A stretch of 64,000 bases of DNA from the sequence record NC_007623.1. One strand, written 5' to 3'. Positions 1-10,610 of this stretch are shown here, in pieces (the stretch's first letter is position 1; each line of letters opens with the position of its first letter). The notes beneath the pieces are model-generated. The model was not told the origin of the DNA and did not search any database. It saw only the letters and a program-made list of their open reading frames with translations. The position numbers were made by a program, and so were the translations under genes.

Positions 1-19
1 ACGCTCTAAGGAGTTTATA

Positions 20-466
20 ATGTCTCACCTCGCCCATGTAAACGATTACCGGGGTTACCTGACCAGTCAAGGGGTTACGTGCCCGTATGCGTTGACCACG
101 GCCTGCCAGGAAGCCTACATCCGCGCCATTCTCAAACGCCATGCTCGTTCCCAGGACAGTTTCACCCTGGCAGAAGACGAAGAGAATAGCATCTGGGTGC
201 AGCTCGATAAGTGGAATTCGGTGTATCCGATCAATGCTTCCTTCATCGTGGAATCGGTTAAACTCCGTCTGACCCGTATTCGCGGCTGTCTGATGAAAGA
301 AGGTAAAACACCCGGTAATGCGGAATTCGATGTGTATCTGGATGTGAAGCGAACCTGTCCCGAGTCGGGTGACACCACGGTGGATAAACTCGATGCCACG
401 GACAATGATCTGTTCTGTGAGCTGGTTCATTTCCTCTACAATGAATTGGTGAAAGGCAATGAGTAA
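20..466 (+). CDS. Hypothetical protein (148 aa)
   Basis: ORF preceded by AAGGAG Shine-Dalgarno; its stop overlaps the next gene. Confidence 0.65.
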   Translation: MSHLAHVNDYRGYLTSQGVTCPYALTTACQEAYIRAILKRHARSQDSFTLAEDEENSIWVQLDKWNSVYPINASFIVESVKLRLTRIRGCLMKEGKTPGNAEFDVYLDVKRTCPESGDTTVDKLDATDNDLFCELVHFLYNELVKGNE

Positions 467-1976
467 TCCAGTGAGTTCGTATTTCCAATTGAGTGATCCG
501 GTTGACGGCGTGCTCCCAGGTGATGATAAACAACTCATTGACCTGGATGAGTACTACGAAGAAACCGGTCAACCCGTGGTGGATGCGATGGTCCAAGGGA
601 GTGAGAGCCTCGCGCTCAATCGCTTCTCTCGGGACATTGCTATCCAACTCAAACTGAAGAATGCGTATGAAATGGATCCTTTCCCAACGGAACGTAATGC
701 CGTGATGGGAGCGGAAGGGTTTATCTCTACCATTACGGAAGGGTTCAAGAAGTTCATTGAAGGGATCATCAAGTACATCAAGATGGCCTTTAAATGGGTT
801 ATGGAACACATTAAAGGTCTCCTGGGCTTCCGTAAGAGCGCGCGTATTAACCAGGCGATTAATGACTCCTTTGAGAACCTCCGGGAGGAGTTCCGTCAGA
901 CCTTGAACGGTCTGGGCTTCCCAAGTGCGAATTACAACCTGGAGAAGTTCATTGGGGAGTTCCCTAATGCCACCGACCGCATTGGTCAACTGACGATCCT
1001 CCGTACAAAGTTCGAAACCGATGAAGAGAGTATCGAGGCTCTTCGTAAAGTCTTCCCACTCTTCGAACAAATCATTGGTAAACTAACGGAGGCTTCTGAC
1101 AAGGCAATACGTGCGTCTGAAAACCTTAAAAGGACCATCCGTAACGAATACAACGCTACCCGGGGTCGGGCTCACCTCCGAGAGTACGTAGACGGTGCGA
1201 ACTCCCCTGAGGTTAACCGAGTCCAGAAAGCGGTGTTGGAAACCCTGACCTTCGTTAAACCGGATGGTTTAGTGGAACAGATCGGTCAGCTCCTGGAAAC
1301 CCTCTACAAGGTGAAGTTCGAAAACGAGGCGTTGAATGAAGGGTTCCATACCGTCCGAGAGACCCTTAAAGAGAACATTCAGGCTCAACGGGTGAAGTTG
1401 ACTCGGGTGAACACTCCGGTGATCATGGATCTCGTTCAGCAGCTCAACGCAGCGTATCTGACGATCTCGGATAAGGCGATCGACATGTCTCGGATTCGTC
1501 TGAGTGAGTTGGGTAATCTGGTGGATGTAACCGATGCTGAGAAGGTCAAGAGCATTGCGGGATACTACCAAGTCCCTGGACTCCTCAGTGATTACCAGGG
1601 CGTGGCGGTTGCCATGCGTAACTTCAGCCAATATTGCCAATCTGTAACCAGTCAGCTGTTGGCGGTTGAAAACCAAGTAGCAGCGTTGGTGGGTTGGTAT
1701 CACCGTTCTCACATGTGGTATTACCATGGTCTGCTGGATGACATTGAAAAGCTTCGTGAAATCAATATCCAAGCTCGCGAGGCGGGGCACTCTCCTGTGG
1801 CGAATGCGGAGGGTTATCCGACATTGACGTTGGATTTTATTCCGGAAGCGGATGCAAAGACCTTCCTGGAGAAGATGAGTGGGACGATGAAAATCGTGAT
1901 TGAAAACGACATTGGTGAGCTTCGTTCCAAGTACAATGCCTTGGCACGACAAACTGGATGGGGGAGACCCGTATGA
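459..1976 (+). CDS. Internal head (inner-body-type) protein, probably proteolytically processed
   Basis: 505 aa. Acidic N-terminus with GSE and GAE motifs, followed by the amphipathic helix 'GAEGFISTITEGFKKFIEGIIKYIKMAFKW' that is shared with other head-protein paralogs in this window. Confidence 0.65.
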   Translation: MSNPVSSYFQLSDPVDGVLPGDDKQLIDLDEYYEETGQPVVDAMVQGSESLALNRFSRDIAIQLKLKNAYEMDPFPTERNAVMGAEGFISTITEGFKKFIEGIIKYIKMAFKWVMEHIKGLLGFRKSARINQAINDSFENLREEFRQTLNGLGFPSANYNLEKFIGEFPNATDRIGQLTILRTKFETDEESIEALRKVFPLFEQIIGKLTEASDKAIRASENLKRTIRNEYNATRGRAHLREYVDGANSPEVNRVQKAVLETLTFVKPDGLVEQIGQLLETLYKVKFENEALNEGFHTVRETLKENIQAQRVKLTRVNTPVIMDLVQQLNAAYLTISDKAIDMSRIRLSELGNLVDVTDAEKVKSIAGYYQVPGLLSDYQGVAVAMRNFSQYCQSVTSQLLAVENQVAALVGWYHRSHMWYYHGLLDDIEKLREINIQAREAGHSPVANAEGYPTLTLDFIPEADAKTFLEKMSGTMKIVIENDIGELRSKYNALARQTGWGRPV

Positions 1977-2704
1977 ATCGTGAAGTGTGTGAACTGGGTA
2001 TTAAAGCCCTGCACGAACTGGAATTGATCCGTAAGACCAGTGAGGACGACCTCGCTCTGCTGAAAGAAGGGATAGGACCTGAAGCCGCTTATGCCATCAT
2101 TGACCGGTACTGGTCGGGTGAACAGGCGGAAAAAATGAAGGTTCGTGTTACGGCTCAGTTCCCTAAGGACAACGGGGGTATTATCCTCAGCACGTCGTTG
2201 GGTGAACAGGCTGGTTATATCCTGGCTCTGGGGGCTACCAAGGCCTTCTTTGCGGTGGCGTTCCCCAGGATCGGGGCTCGACTGGAACAGGTGTTCTCGT
2301 CCATTAACCAAGCAGACCTGAATGACCCCGTCGCCCTGGAGAAGTACAACGAACTCCGTAAGGAACCAGCCCGGTTCTTTGAGTACTTTGCTAACGGGTT
2401 TTTCGAAGGGAAAGAGAAGGTTGCAGACGGTGAGATTACCTGTTGGACTCAACTGCGTGATCACGCCCGTTGTGTGGATGACGGAGATTACCTCTTCCTG
2501 GATGACTATGACTTCGAATTGAAGCAGGTTAAGGAGAACTTCTACCAGTATTACCTCTCACCCTCTTCGATCAAAGAGCAATCTCTGGCCGGTATCGATT
2601 ACTACACCCAACAACTTGGTGTTCGGGTGCGGTTGGCTAAGTTGTTCTCGTGTTTCTTGGACGAGTTGATTGAGGGTAATCTTCCCTCTAAAGACACCGA
2701 GTAA
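1973..2704 (+). CDS. Hypothetical protein
   Basis: ATG at 1973 overlaps the upstream TGA (ATGA coupling) and follows GGGGAG; a hairpin follows the gene. Confidence 0.6.
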   Translation: MNREVCELGIKALHELELIRKTSEDDLALLKEGIGPEAAYAIIDRYWSGEQAEKMKVRVTAQFPKDNGGIILSTSLGEQAGYILALGATKAFFAVAFPRIGARLEQVFSSINQADLNDPVALEKYNELRKEPARFFEYFANGFFEGKEKVADGEITCWTQLRDHARCVDDGDYLFLDDYDFELKQVKENFYQYYLSPSSIKEQSLAGIDYYTQQLGVRVRLAKLFSCFLDELIEGNLPSKDTE

Positions 2705-2716
2705 CGTAAAGGTGCT

Positions 2717-2748
2717 CCTACCCACTCCCTTAACGGGGAGTGGGTAGG
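2717..2748. terminator. Long-stem hairpin between convergent genes (likely bidirectional terminator)
   Basis: CCTACCCACTCCC-TTAACG-GGGAGTGGGTAGG; the arms are identical to those of the hairpin at 28536. Confidence 0.75.
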
Positions 2749-2758
2749 GGTATACGTC

Positions 2759-5689
2759 TTAAATGGTGGTCGTCATTCTGACGTCATGGGGTTGGAAGAT
2801 GATATCAATGGCTTCCTGTATCGATACCAATCCATCGCTGGTTAAGGCGAGTCGTTTACGGATGCTGAAACCAGTGAGGTCATCCAAGTTACTGATGACA
2901 TCCACGGTACTGTCGCCCGCAAACGCACTCAACTTAACACTCACCACCTCTTCACTCACATTCTCCTTTAAGGCTTCTGCAAGGTCTAAGGTACTGACTG
3001 TTGTCTTATCAAACAACGCCATATTGAGTTGGCGAGGAGTGCTCTCCTCCAAGGCGGCGCGGAGGTTGGGGTTACGGTAGCCATTTTCCGTGAGGTAGTA
3101 GGTGACCGAGAATGCCAGATCCTGCCGAAGGGTGGATTCATAGTTACTGTTGATCACCACCCGCTGATACCCCAGCTTACTCCGAGGTTGATAGAACAGG
3201 TCAGTTTGGTCAATCGCTTCCGAGCTAAAGGCCAGCATGTCTTGGTTAATACCGTTGACAAAGAAGTCCTTCGTGTATTTAGCAAATTGGATATCGTATT
3301 CGTCTTTGCTGAACTGATAGTTCGCATCGAAGGCAATGAAGTCCCAATAGTACTTCAGTTTACGGGGTTCCAACTCAACCGGAACACCATTCTCGTAAAC
3401 GATATCAATCCCCCTCCGGTACAACAACCGCATTGTACCATCCGGGTTATAGACGATGTCACCCGCCTTATGTTCGATCACTGGTTTCCCTTCACTGTCG
3501 AACACAATCTGACCATTCTCCCGTTTCACCTGGGTAGTCTCATACCGTTCCGGGACATCCGCTTCGTAGTGCTTGTACTGGGCTTCACCCACCAGGGGAC
3601 GAATCCGACTGTACAGGTTACCCAACCGACGACCGAACTCAACTTTGTAATGGGTTTCAATCACCCCCACCATCGGGATATCAAAGATGGTCTCATCAAT
3701 CTTGTCATCGATTTGAGACTGAGTCACCTCTTTATCCCCCGCCCGGGTAAAGATAAAGGTGACATCTGTGGTCAGTTCACTACCGGTCTTACTCTGCTGA
3801 CTTCCAAACTGCCAGAAGTTAGTAAAGTACAAGACGTCTGCCACATCCACATCAAACTGGGTGTTTAAGGTGAACTCCCAGACCCGTTCCTTATTGGGCA
3901 ACACTCCCACCAGTTTACCTGCTACACTGGCCAGGCTGTTACTGTCCAGTGGGTTAATGGACAGTTGGACCCCTACACTGGTATTCGGCAATTCCTTATA
4001 CGAATCCCCCGATTGAGTCACCAAGGTGATGAGATACCCGGTTTCTCGGTGTTCAATGGTGATTTGTCCTACGCCCAGTTCCAGACCCAACGCCGCGTTA
4101 TCGTCCACAAAGGTTTGATACCGAATGATCGGAGAGTCCAAATGATAGGTCCTGAGGACGGCTTGCTTGTTCGTGGTATCCAGTACGTAGTAGAAAGGGG
4201 TATAGACCAGGGTATTCTCCGCCATCATGTCCACCTGCTGTTCAGGGGTCATGTTGAAGTAGGCATCCCGAGTCAACTTGTTCACCAGAACACTGGTGGG
4301 TTTATTGATGTTGAACAACACATTGTGAGGAATAGTCACCCGTTCCCCGTTGTCCAATACCACCCCGCTAGCCACCAGGTCTTCGACTGACGCTAAATAG
4401 CTCCCGACGTAACACGCCATCGGTGCGTAGAAGCCTTTGTTATCCTGAATAGGCAATTCCTTCGTTAATGCAAAGGAACGCTTCGTCATGTAGTCAATGA
4501 CCTTAACCGAACTGTACCCGCGGTTCTCCGCCGCCCCTTTCAGGTTGTTTTCGGTAATCGGGAGGGTGCGTTGTTGGCGACCGTCGATCACCCGTTGTTT
4601 AATTTCCGTAAAGGGAATGGGATCTGTACCGCCCGAGACAATCGCATCCATCTTCCAGGCAACACCCCCCGCATTCACCAGAGGGACTGAATAGGGATCC
4701 AACTTATCAGACCCATACCGATAGTCCCGGTAGGCGGGTTTAATGTCCATCGGGGACACCGTGGTAAGGTCTTTGGTTAACGCCCCTTTGGTGGTATACG
4801 TGTAGATGTTGATAATCCCCCGGCCAATGTCATTCCCTGACGTGATGTACACATCTGGGATCTCATACGAGAACCGTTTATTCACGGTATCGATACTGAG
4901 GGCTAGGGTTACATTCAACGGATCAAAGACATCTTGGTCGTAGGACACCCGGATCTCTTTCAGTTCCCCATTCCGTTGCAACATCGCACGAACCCCATAC
5001 AGGTTGTCCGTGTACTCAATAATCCCCCGACAGCCAGAGGCTTCGTTAGACGTGAGGTTCTCCGTGGCCTTACAGCTCAATTGAGCTACGGGAATCGATA
5101 CCATCACATACCGACGGTCATCCACTTGCTTGAAGGTACGGTCCAAGAGGTTCGTGGAAATAGGAATAAAGGGGTTAGGCGAGCTGTCGTCGTAAACGAT
5201 CTTCCACCCATTCCGTTCGTTGTACTGGATCCGTATCCCATTGACGACCCAGAAGTCGTATCCGTTGACATTCAAAATGGTATCCTTGGGTACGAGGATC
5301 TCTTTATACACCACGGTGTTCTTACCGACGGTTTGACGACGGTCCACAGCAATCTTCAGGAAGTTCTCAATATCCATGGTGAGAATCATCACTGAAGTCG
5401 AGGGATTCGCAAACAACCCAAACCGCTCTTCATCCGACATGTTCATGCTCAGCTCACTGACATTCCGAGCGTGCAGCAGGAACTTACGGCTGTTGACATC
5501 CAAGAGGCGGTTAATGAAGCCATGCGACGTACCCAGGATTAAATCCATGGCCAAGACAAAGGGGTGACTCTTACTGTTGAGTTTAACGGTCCCGTTGAAC
5601 CAGTTATTCTCGATCTCATTCACAATGAGGTTAATACCCCGAATGGGGTTGTTTGCAATACGTTCCAATTCATCTTGACTAATAGCCAT
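2759..5689 (-). CDS. Large baseplate structural protein (phiKZ gp87-like)
   Basis: 976 aa. Size, reverse orientation and position next to a gp88-like gene match the conserved phiKZ-like block (from recall). Confidence 0.6.
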   Translation of the reverse strand: MAISQDELERIANNPIRGINLIVNEIENNWFNGTVKLNSKSHPFVLAMDLILGTSHGFINRLLDVNSRKFLLHARNVSELSMNMSDEERFGLFANPSTSVMILTMDIENFLKIAVDRRQTVGKNTVVYKEILVPKDTILNVNGYDFWVVNGIRIQYNERNGWKIVYDDSSPNPFIPISTNLLDRTFKQVDDRRYVMVSIPVAQLSCKATENLTSNEASGCRGIIEYTDNLYGVRAMLQRNGELKEIRVSYDQDVFDPLNVTLALSIDTVNKRFSYEIPDVYITSGNDIGRGIINIYTYTTKGALTKDLTTVSPMDIKPAYRDYRYGSDKLDPYSVPLVNAGGVAWKMDAIVSGGTDPIPFTEIKQRVIDGRQQRTLPITENNLKGAAENRGYSSVKVIDYMTKRSFALTKELPIQDNKGFYAPMACYVGSYLASVEDLVASGVVLDNGERVTIPHNVLFNINKPTSVLVNKLTRDAYFNMTPEQQVDMMAENTLVYTPFYYVLDTTNKQAVLRTYHLDSPIIRYQTFVDDNAALGLELGVGQITIEHRETGYLITLVTQSGDSYKELPNTSVGVQLSINPLDSNSLASVAGKLVGVLPNKERVWEFTLNTQFDVDVADVLYFTNFWQFGSQQSKTGSELTTDVTFIFTRAGDKEVTQSQIDDKIDETIFDIPMVGVIETHYKVEFGRRLGNLYSRIRPLVGEAQYKHYEADVPERYETTQVKRENGQIVFDSEGKPVIEHKAGDIVYNPDGTMRLLYRRGIDIVYENGVPVELEPRKLKYYWDFIAFDANYQFSKDEYDIQFAKYTKDFFVNGINQDMLAFSSEAIDQTDLFYQPRSKLGYQRVVINSNYESTLRQDLAFSVTYYLTENGYRNPNLRAALEESTPRQLNMALFDKTTVSTLDLAEALKENVSEEVVSVKLSAFAGDSTVDVISNLDDLTGFSIRKRLALTSDGLVSIQEAIDIIFQPHDVRMTTTI

Positions 5690-6762
5690 TAGCGTTTACC
5701 CCACAATTCCAGTTCCATAGTCGCCAGATTAATCCAGGGATACGAGCCGTAACCCGACAAGTACCGTTCCCTGAACGGAAGTTTGTAGTAATACTGATTC
5801 CTGACCCGAGGGTGCAGGTTAGGGTTGACCCTCAACGTGGTACGGTTAAAGGCATCTGCAATTTGGATATTGTTAAACCGGAATCCCTGACAATCAAAGG
5901 AGATATCCAGTTCATCAAGCCCTTGACCCCTCAGACTGTTCTGAGTACGGTCAATGGTACTGTACGCCCCCGACGGGAAGGTCGTAGGCCACCCACCCCC
6001 ACAGCAGAAGATCCATTCGATATTCCGCATGTTCTTGTTCATGATGAGGTGGTAAATACGGGTGGTGTAGTCCTTATAGTTCTGGAACAACGCATTGGGG
6101 TACGGTTCCATCCCTTCATCCCCGAGGGTCACCGCTTCAATGTAGTGAACCCACACTTCGTACATATACGCCAATACGTTGTGTTTAATGCCGTGATAGG
6201 TTTGTCTCAGGGTATAGTCGTAGTTGACTTTCAAGACCCCATCGACCCACGCATACACTTCTTTACGGAACCCAGGCTCACTTTTGCCCGACGGTAACGA
6301 GAGATCAGGAAACCCTGAACTGACTTTAAGAAAGTTCGTTGCGGGTGGGATCCAAGGGTTCAAGGGATCCAGGGGAGTAATATCGTTCGCATTCGCCGCT
6401 CCCCAAACCGGATCCAGTAACCCTTTTACGTACGCGTTCAAACTGTTCCGTTGAGGACGGTACAATGAGACCAATTGAGGATGAAGGATTACATTCTCAT
6501 CCGACAGATTCAGCATGGGACGCGACATAAACGCTAATCCTATGGTGTCGTCTGGGATGGGCGCTAACTGATTGCCAGGCCCTAGAATACGAAATCCACG
6601 TAACAGGTTTGTCAAGGCGTTATCAAAACCAGGACCGCCATTCTCACGGAACGCGTAATTCCACCATTCCAGGATGGTTTCTTTCGTGACTTCTCTGCTG
6701 GGTGGCGTATTCCCAGGTGTTCTGTCCAACCAAGCGTCGTAATTATTCGGGTCTTCAGCCAT
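5689..6762 (-). CDS. Virion tail/baseplate protein (phiKZ gp88-like)
   Basis: 357 aa. Motifs 'GLAFMSRPMLNLS' and 'DYTTRIYHLIM...WPTTFP' and synteny. Confidence 0.6.
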   Translation of the reverse strand: MAEDPNNYDAWLDRTPGNTPPSREVTKETILEWWNYAFRENGGPGFDNALTNLLRGFRILGPGNQLAPIPDDTIGLAFMSRPMLNLSDENVILHPQLVSLYRPQRNSLNAYVKGLLDPVWGAANANDITPLDPLNPWIPPATNFLKVSSGFPDLSLPSGKSEPGFRKEVYAWVDGVLKVNYDYTLRQTYHGIKHNVLAYMYEVWVHYIEAVTLGDEGMEPYPNALFQNYKDYTTRIYHLIMNKNMRNIEWIFCCGGGWPTTFPSGAYSTIDRTQNSLRGQGLDELDISFDCQGFRFNNIQIADAFNRTTLRVNPNLHPRVRNQYYYKLPFRERYLSGYGSYPWINLATMELELWGKR

Positions 6763-6795
6763 TGTTTATTACCTTAAAGTGATCAGGGGTTTATC

Positions 6796-7890
6796 ATGAT
6801 AGGACAAGTATTGTCTCTAGGTTCCTTCTTCTTGGACATCGCCAAGCAGCTGTATCCTGAGAGCAAGGATATCGCCTCGGCGGCCCAAGTAACGGACCGG
6901 GCCAAACATTCATACAATGTGATTTCCACGAGCTCGGTACAACGTAGTGCAGCCCGCACTATTTTGAATCCGATGGTCGCCATTGAGGGGTCCCTTATCC
7001 ACCAGGAATACACCCCGGATCTCATGACGGTGGTGACCCTACGGGATATTACCGCAACACTGACTCACCTGGCGTTGCAGAATTCCGTAGAAGTGGGGGT
7101 TAAGGTGGAGAACCTAATCGGGAGCATCAGTCCCAACCGCGGTGGGATGATGAGTCTCTTCTCGGGACTGGAAGCGATGGATAACAACATCAAACCCAAA
7201 GACCCAGCTACCCCGAACCAAGTTCAGGTCAATAGCAAGACCTACAGTGAACTGATGGAGTTCACCCCCCTGGCGGTGGGTAAAGTGGTGAACGCCACGC
7301 TCTACGGAGCGAATGGTAACAAGATCGAAGTTCCCCTCACCATTCGTCAGATCCCGATTCCGGTGACCCATGAGAACCTGGTGACCCTCTTCTCTGCCGC
7401 TAAACCCGATGAAGGGTTGAAGATGCGATGGATCATGAAGAAGAGTGGTGAGATCACCACGCCTCAGTGGTTCGATGGCAGTGACATCGTTAAAGCCCGT
7501 TTTAAAGCGAAAATGGGTGATACCTCCGGGTATTACAAGGAAGCCATGAAACGGGATACCCAGAATAAACTGGAAGCGATTCGTACGGGGATCATTAGCA
7601 TGAACTCCATGGCGAACACGGTCATCATCACTCAAGATACGGCGACTCAGCTCGAACTGGAAATCGGTCGTAAGTTTGCGGACCCGGTTAGCCGTGAAAA
7701 AATCTTCGAGAGTATTTCGGCGAATACCCTCGTTATCGTGAATGATGACCGGGGTATTTTCACGTTCTACACCGATGGTCAAACCATGCCGGAAGTTTAC
7801 ACACGTCGAGACTTGTCCGTTAAGTCCAAGAAAGAAGGCTCTGCGAACACGCTACAAGATCTCGTTAAACTGCTCAACGGGGGTCTCTAA
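6796..7890 (+). CDS. Head/inner-body protein (phiKZ gp89-like)
   Basis: 364 aa. Divergent from the gp88-like gene and first of the head-protein operon; 'GLEAM' motif. Confidence 0.55.
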   Translation: MIGQVLSLGSFFLDIAKQLYPESKDIASAAQVTDRAKHSYNVISTSSVQRSAARTILNPMVAIEGSLIHQEYTPDLMTVVTLRDITATLTHLALQNSVEVGVKVENLIGSISPNRGGMMSLFSGLEAMDNNIKPKDPATPNQVQVNSKTYSELMEFTPLAVGKVVNATLYGANGNKIEVPLTIRQIPIPVTHENLVTLFSAAKPDEGLKMRWIMKKSGEITTPQWFDGSDIVKARFKAKMGDTSGYYKEAMKRDTQNKLEAIRTGIISMNSMANTVIITQDTATQLELEIGRKFADPVSREKIFESISANTLVIVNDDRGIFTFYTDGQTMPEVYTRRDLSVKSKKEGSANTLQDLVKLLNGGL

Positions 7891-8774
7891 TGAATATCTT
7901 TGAATACGTGAAGGGTGTTAAGACGTTCAAGAAGAACGAACTGATAACCAAGCTCACTACCCTCACGGTGGCCAGTAACGACCTGATTTCGAACCTCGAA
8001 CGAATGGTAGCGAATAAGGTGGATTTGAGCCATGAAATCAATCAGTGGGTGATTACCAAGAGTATTGTTCGTGAACTGGACAATAACGGGTACCGGGGTG
8101 TAGGCTTGGTGGGTGCTACCCGGGGATCGTGTGAAACGATTATCAGTTTGGTCCCCGGGTTAACGAAACGGGTGAATGGGTATAAAGACGAAGTCTGGGA
8201 CGGTAAGCTCCTGACCTTGCGTCAAGTCAATATCCTGAACCTGATGGAACACGTGGAGTATTGGTTGAAATACACCAATATGGTCTACAGTGTTCTGCTG
8301 GACTTGAACAACCAGTCAGTCACCACCCCTGAGAAGGCCTTGGATAAGGCCGACTTGAAACTGGTGAATGGGACCCTGGAGTTCTACAAGTCGGTTACCT
8401 TGGACCTCCTGAAAGGGTCTCGTCGTCTCCTGGAGGGTCTGGATGATCTTCCGGATGTGGAAGTCAGTGAAACCTCGTTGGCTGTTCTGGAAGCCACTGA
8501 TCCTAAAGCCGCTCCGGATTACCTGAAGCGAGGCTTTGGGGTCCATCTGCTGAATCCGAAGTATTGGATCGGTTTGGCGAACATGAACCTGAACATTGCA
8601 CGTATCGAGAAGATGCGTCGGGACAACGAACTCTTCGCCATGAAGATCTCGAAAGCTGTGAACATGAAGAACGGTGTCAACGACGCCGAAATCGATCGTC
8701 AGATCGAGGTGCTTCAGGACGAGATCATCAAGAACGTTAACACCATTGAAACCATCGAGAGACGCTATGAATAG
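7890..8774 (+). CDS. Head/inner-body protein (phiKZ gp90-like)
   Basis: 294 aa, TAATG coupling to the upstream gene, C-terminal coiled coil, synteny. Confidence 0.55.
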   Translation: MNIFEYVKGVKTFKKNELITKLTTLTVASNDLISNLERMVANKVDLSHEINQWVITKSIVRELDNNGYRGVGLVGATRGSCETIISLVPGLTKRVNGYKDEVWDGKLLTLRQVNILNLMEHVEYWLKYTNMVYSVLLDLNNQSVTTPEKALDKADLKLVNGTLEFYKSVTLDLLKGSRRLLEGLDDLPDVEVSETSLAVLEATDPKAAPDYLKRGFGVHLLNPKYWIGLANMNLNIARIEKMRRDNELFAMKISKAVNMKNGVNDAEIDRQIEVLQDEIIKNVNTIETIERRYE

Positions 8775-9279
8775 TTTTCGTCGCTCCCCCAATGGGTTTG
8801 TGAACGCAAAGCTGACGGATGCGGAGATGACAGAGGCCTTTACCAACCTCAATCTCCTCCGGAAGGATGCGTACAGTGATTTCGAATTGGTCATCAAAGG
8901 TCATGTGGCCATTGAAACCATTCGGGATGTCAGTCGGCTGGTGGGTCCCAGTTTCCGTCAGTTTATGGAAGCCAACTACGACAGTGGCCGTGGACCTATT
9001 GCAGGGTTGATCAAAGACATTGTTCATTACCTCAATGGGCGTATGGGTCACCACTCGCTGATTACGTCGCTCCGTATTGAAGAGCGTAAACTCCTGAGTG
9101 CGTCGAAAGTGCGTAAAGCGACCTACCGTCAAACCCAAACCACGGGCAGTCCGCTTCCGCTCCTGGAAGACGACTACATCGTCCACGACTACGATCTCTA
9201 TCGCCTAATGTCCGGTATCAGTCCTTCCAATGTAGGGCGGACCTTGTTGCTACTGGGCGGTGAGAATTACTACAGCTGA
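8767..9279 (+). CDS. Hypothetical (probable virion) protein
   Basis: ATG at 8767 overlaps the end of the previous gene and is a more plausible start than 8674. Confidence 0.6.
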   Translation: MNSFRRSPNGFVNAKLTDAEMTEAFTNLNLLRKDAYSDFELVIKGHVAIETIRDVSRLVGPSFRQFMEANYDSGRGPIAGLIKDIVHYLNGRMGHHSLITSLRIEERKLLSASKVRKATYRQTQTTGSPLPLLEDDYIVHDYDLYRLMSGISPSNVGRTLLLLGGENYYS

Positions 9280-9301
9280 CCCTTAGGTGGAGAAGAGTGC
9301 A

Positions 9302-10597
9302 ATGAATGATGATGAAAAGACGTTGGCTGCTGAAATGGCTGCGGTCAGTGCAGTCAAATCCCAGGAGATCGTGGAAGCCGCCCGTTCCACGGCGGAACTG
9401 TCGGAGTACCAGAACAGCCTCGATGATCTGTTCGATCGCGTGATTGAAGTCCAACGCACGTTGAACACTCTGGAAGCCCACGAGGTGACACCGGAGTTGG
9501 CTGAACAGCTCGATAAAGAACTGATTGCGGCAGAAGCCCTCCCAGAGGCCGTAGAAGGGGCGGAAGCCTTGGGGTTTACCCTTCTCCCTAAGGCATACCT
9601 TGCGACGCGTCTAGCGGGCTGTGAGAGCTTCCTGAGCGACTTCTTTAAGAGCTCCCGGGAAGTAGTCAGTTTGATTGGAACCTTCTTCCGGGATTCGTAC
9701 GTTCTCTTTATGGAATCCCAGGAGAGTCTGAGTAAGCAGATTGACCTGCTGGAAACCCGGTTGTCCTCTGTCGAGAAGTTTGGCAGTCAAGGTACCTTTA
9801 TCCTGGGTCACCGTCTCTTTAACCGGTTTAAGATCAACGGTAAAGTGGATGAGAACTGGTCCGGTAACCTGACCAAGCTCAACCAAACCCTGTCGGGTCT
9901 GAGTAATAACTATTACCTCAACAGCAAGAATGCGTTGGCGGCATCATTCAGTTACTTCGGTGGGTTTGCAGGTCTGACCCAAGTGGAAGTGGATGAACGC
10001 CTCTGCATGATGCCGGTGAGTCTACCATCAACGCCGTTTAAGGAATGTACTTATCCGGATAAACGCCGTTCGGGACCTAACGTGGTGGCTAAACGGTCGG
10101 TCGAGCTGATGGGTGGTGCGTACTTCTACGATGTTCGCAGTACCGTTAAACCGGTGATCCTGAAGAACCCTGACGACATTCAAGACTTTGTGATCCGTTA
10201 CACTGAAATTGATCACACCGGTTTCGATAACAACGAAGAGTATACCCTTCGGGATGTTGGGGCTGAAGTGAAGGCGTTGTCGAGTGAAGACATTAAGACT
10301 GTCATCAAACTCCTGCGTCAGCTCTTGAAAGACTGGGGTAAGGTCTTTGAAATGGCGGAGACCTACCGCGTAACGGATTCGGATTACAACGACATCATTA
10401 AAGGTTTCCTGGAAGCCGATATCAGTGATGAGGCGAAGACGGTGTTGTCGAAGACGTTCGCTAAAGTCGTTCGTAAGAACCAAACCGAGCTCTTGGGTAT
10501 TCGCGCTGAGGTCTCGAACTACCTCACTCTGATTGTCAACGGGATGGTGTCTATCTGTAACGATTCCATTGGGCTTTACGAAGAAAGCCTGGACTAA
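9302..10597 (+). CDS. Internal head protein paralog
   Basis: Acidic helical propeptide with GAE and GCE motifs; SD GGAGAAG before ATG 9302. Confidence 0.6.
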   Translation: MNDDEKTLAAEMAAVSAVKSQEIVEAARSTAELSEYQNSLDDLFDRVIEVQRTLNTLEAHEVTPELAEQLDKELIAAEALPEAVEGAEALGFTLLPKAYLATRLAGCESFLSDFFKSSREVVSLIGTFFRDSYVLFMESQESLSKQIDLLETRLSSVEKFGSQGTFILGHRLFNRFKINGKVDENWSGNLTKLNQTLSGLSNNYYLNSKNALAASFSYFGGFAGLTQVEVDERLCMMPVSLPSTPFKECTYPDKRRSGPNVVAKRSVELMGGAYFYDVRSTVKPVILKNPDDIQDFVIRYTEIDHTGFDNNEEYTLRDVGAEVKALSSEDIKTVIKLLRQLLKDWGKVFEMAETYRVTDSDYNDIIKGFLEADISDEAKTVLSKTFAKVVRKNQTELLGIRAEVSNYLTLIVNGMVSICNDSIGLYEESLD

Positions 10598-10610
10598 GCG
10601 GGGTGAGGGT

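Noticed and set aside
3029-3868. Long ORFs antisense or out of frame to structural genes (also 258..1070, 7114..7782, 32253..33182, 51069..51995, 56022..56807)
   Set aside because: Fully overlap better-supported genes and lack RBS or motif evidence.
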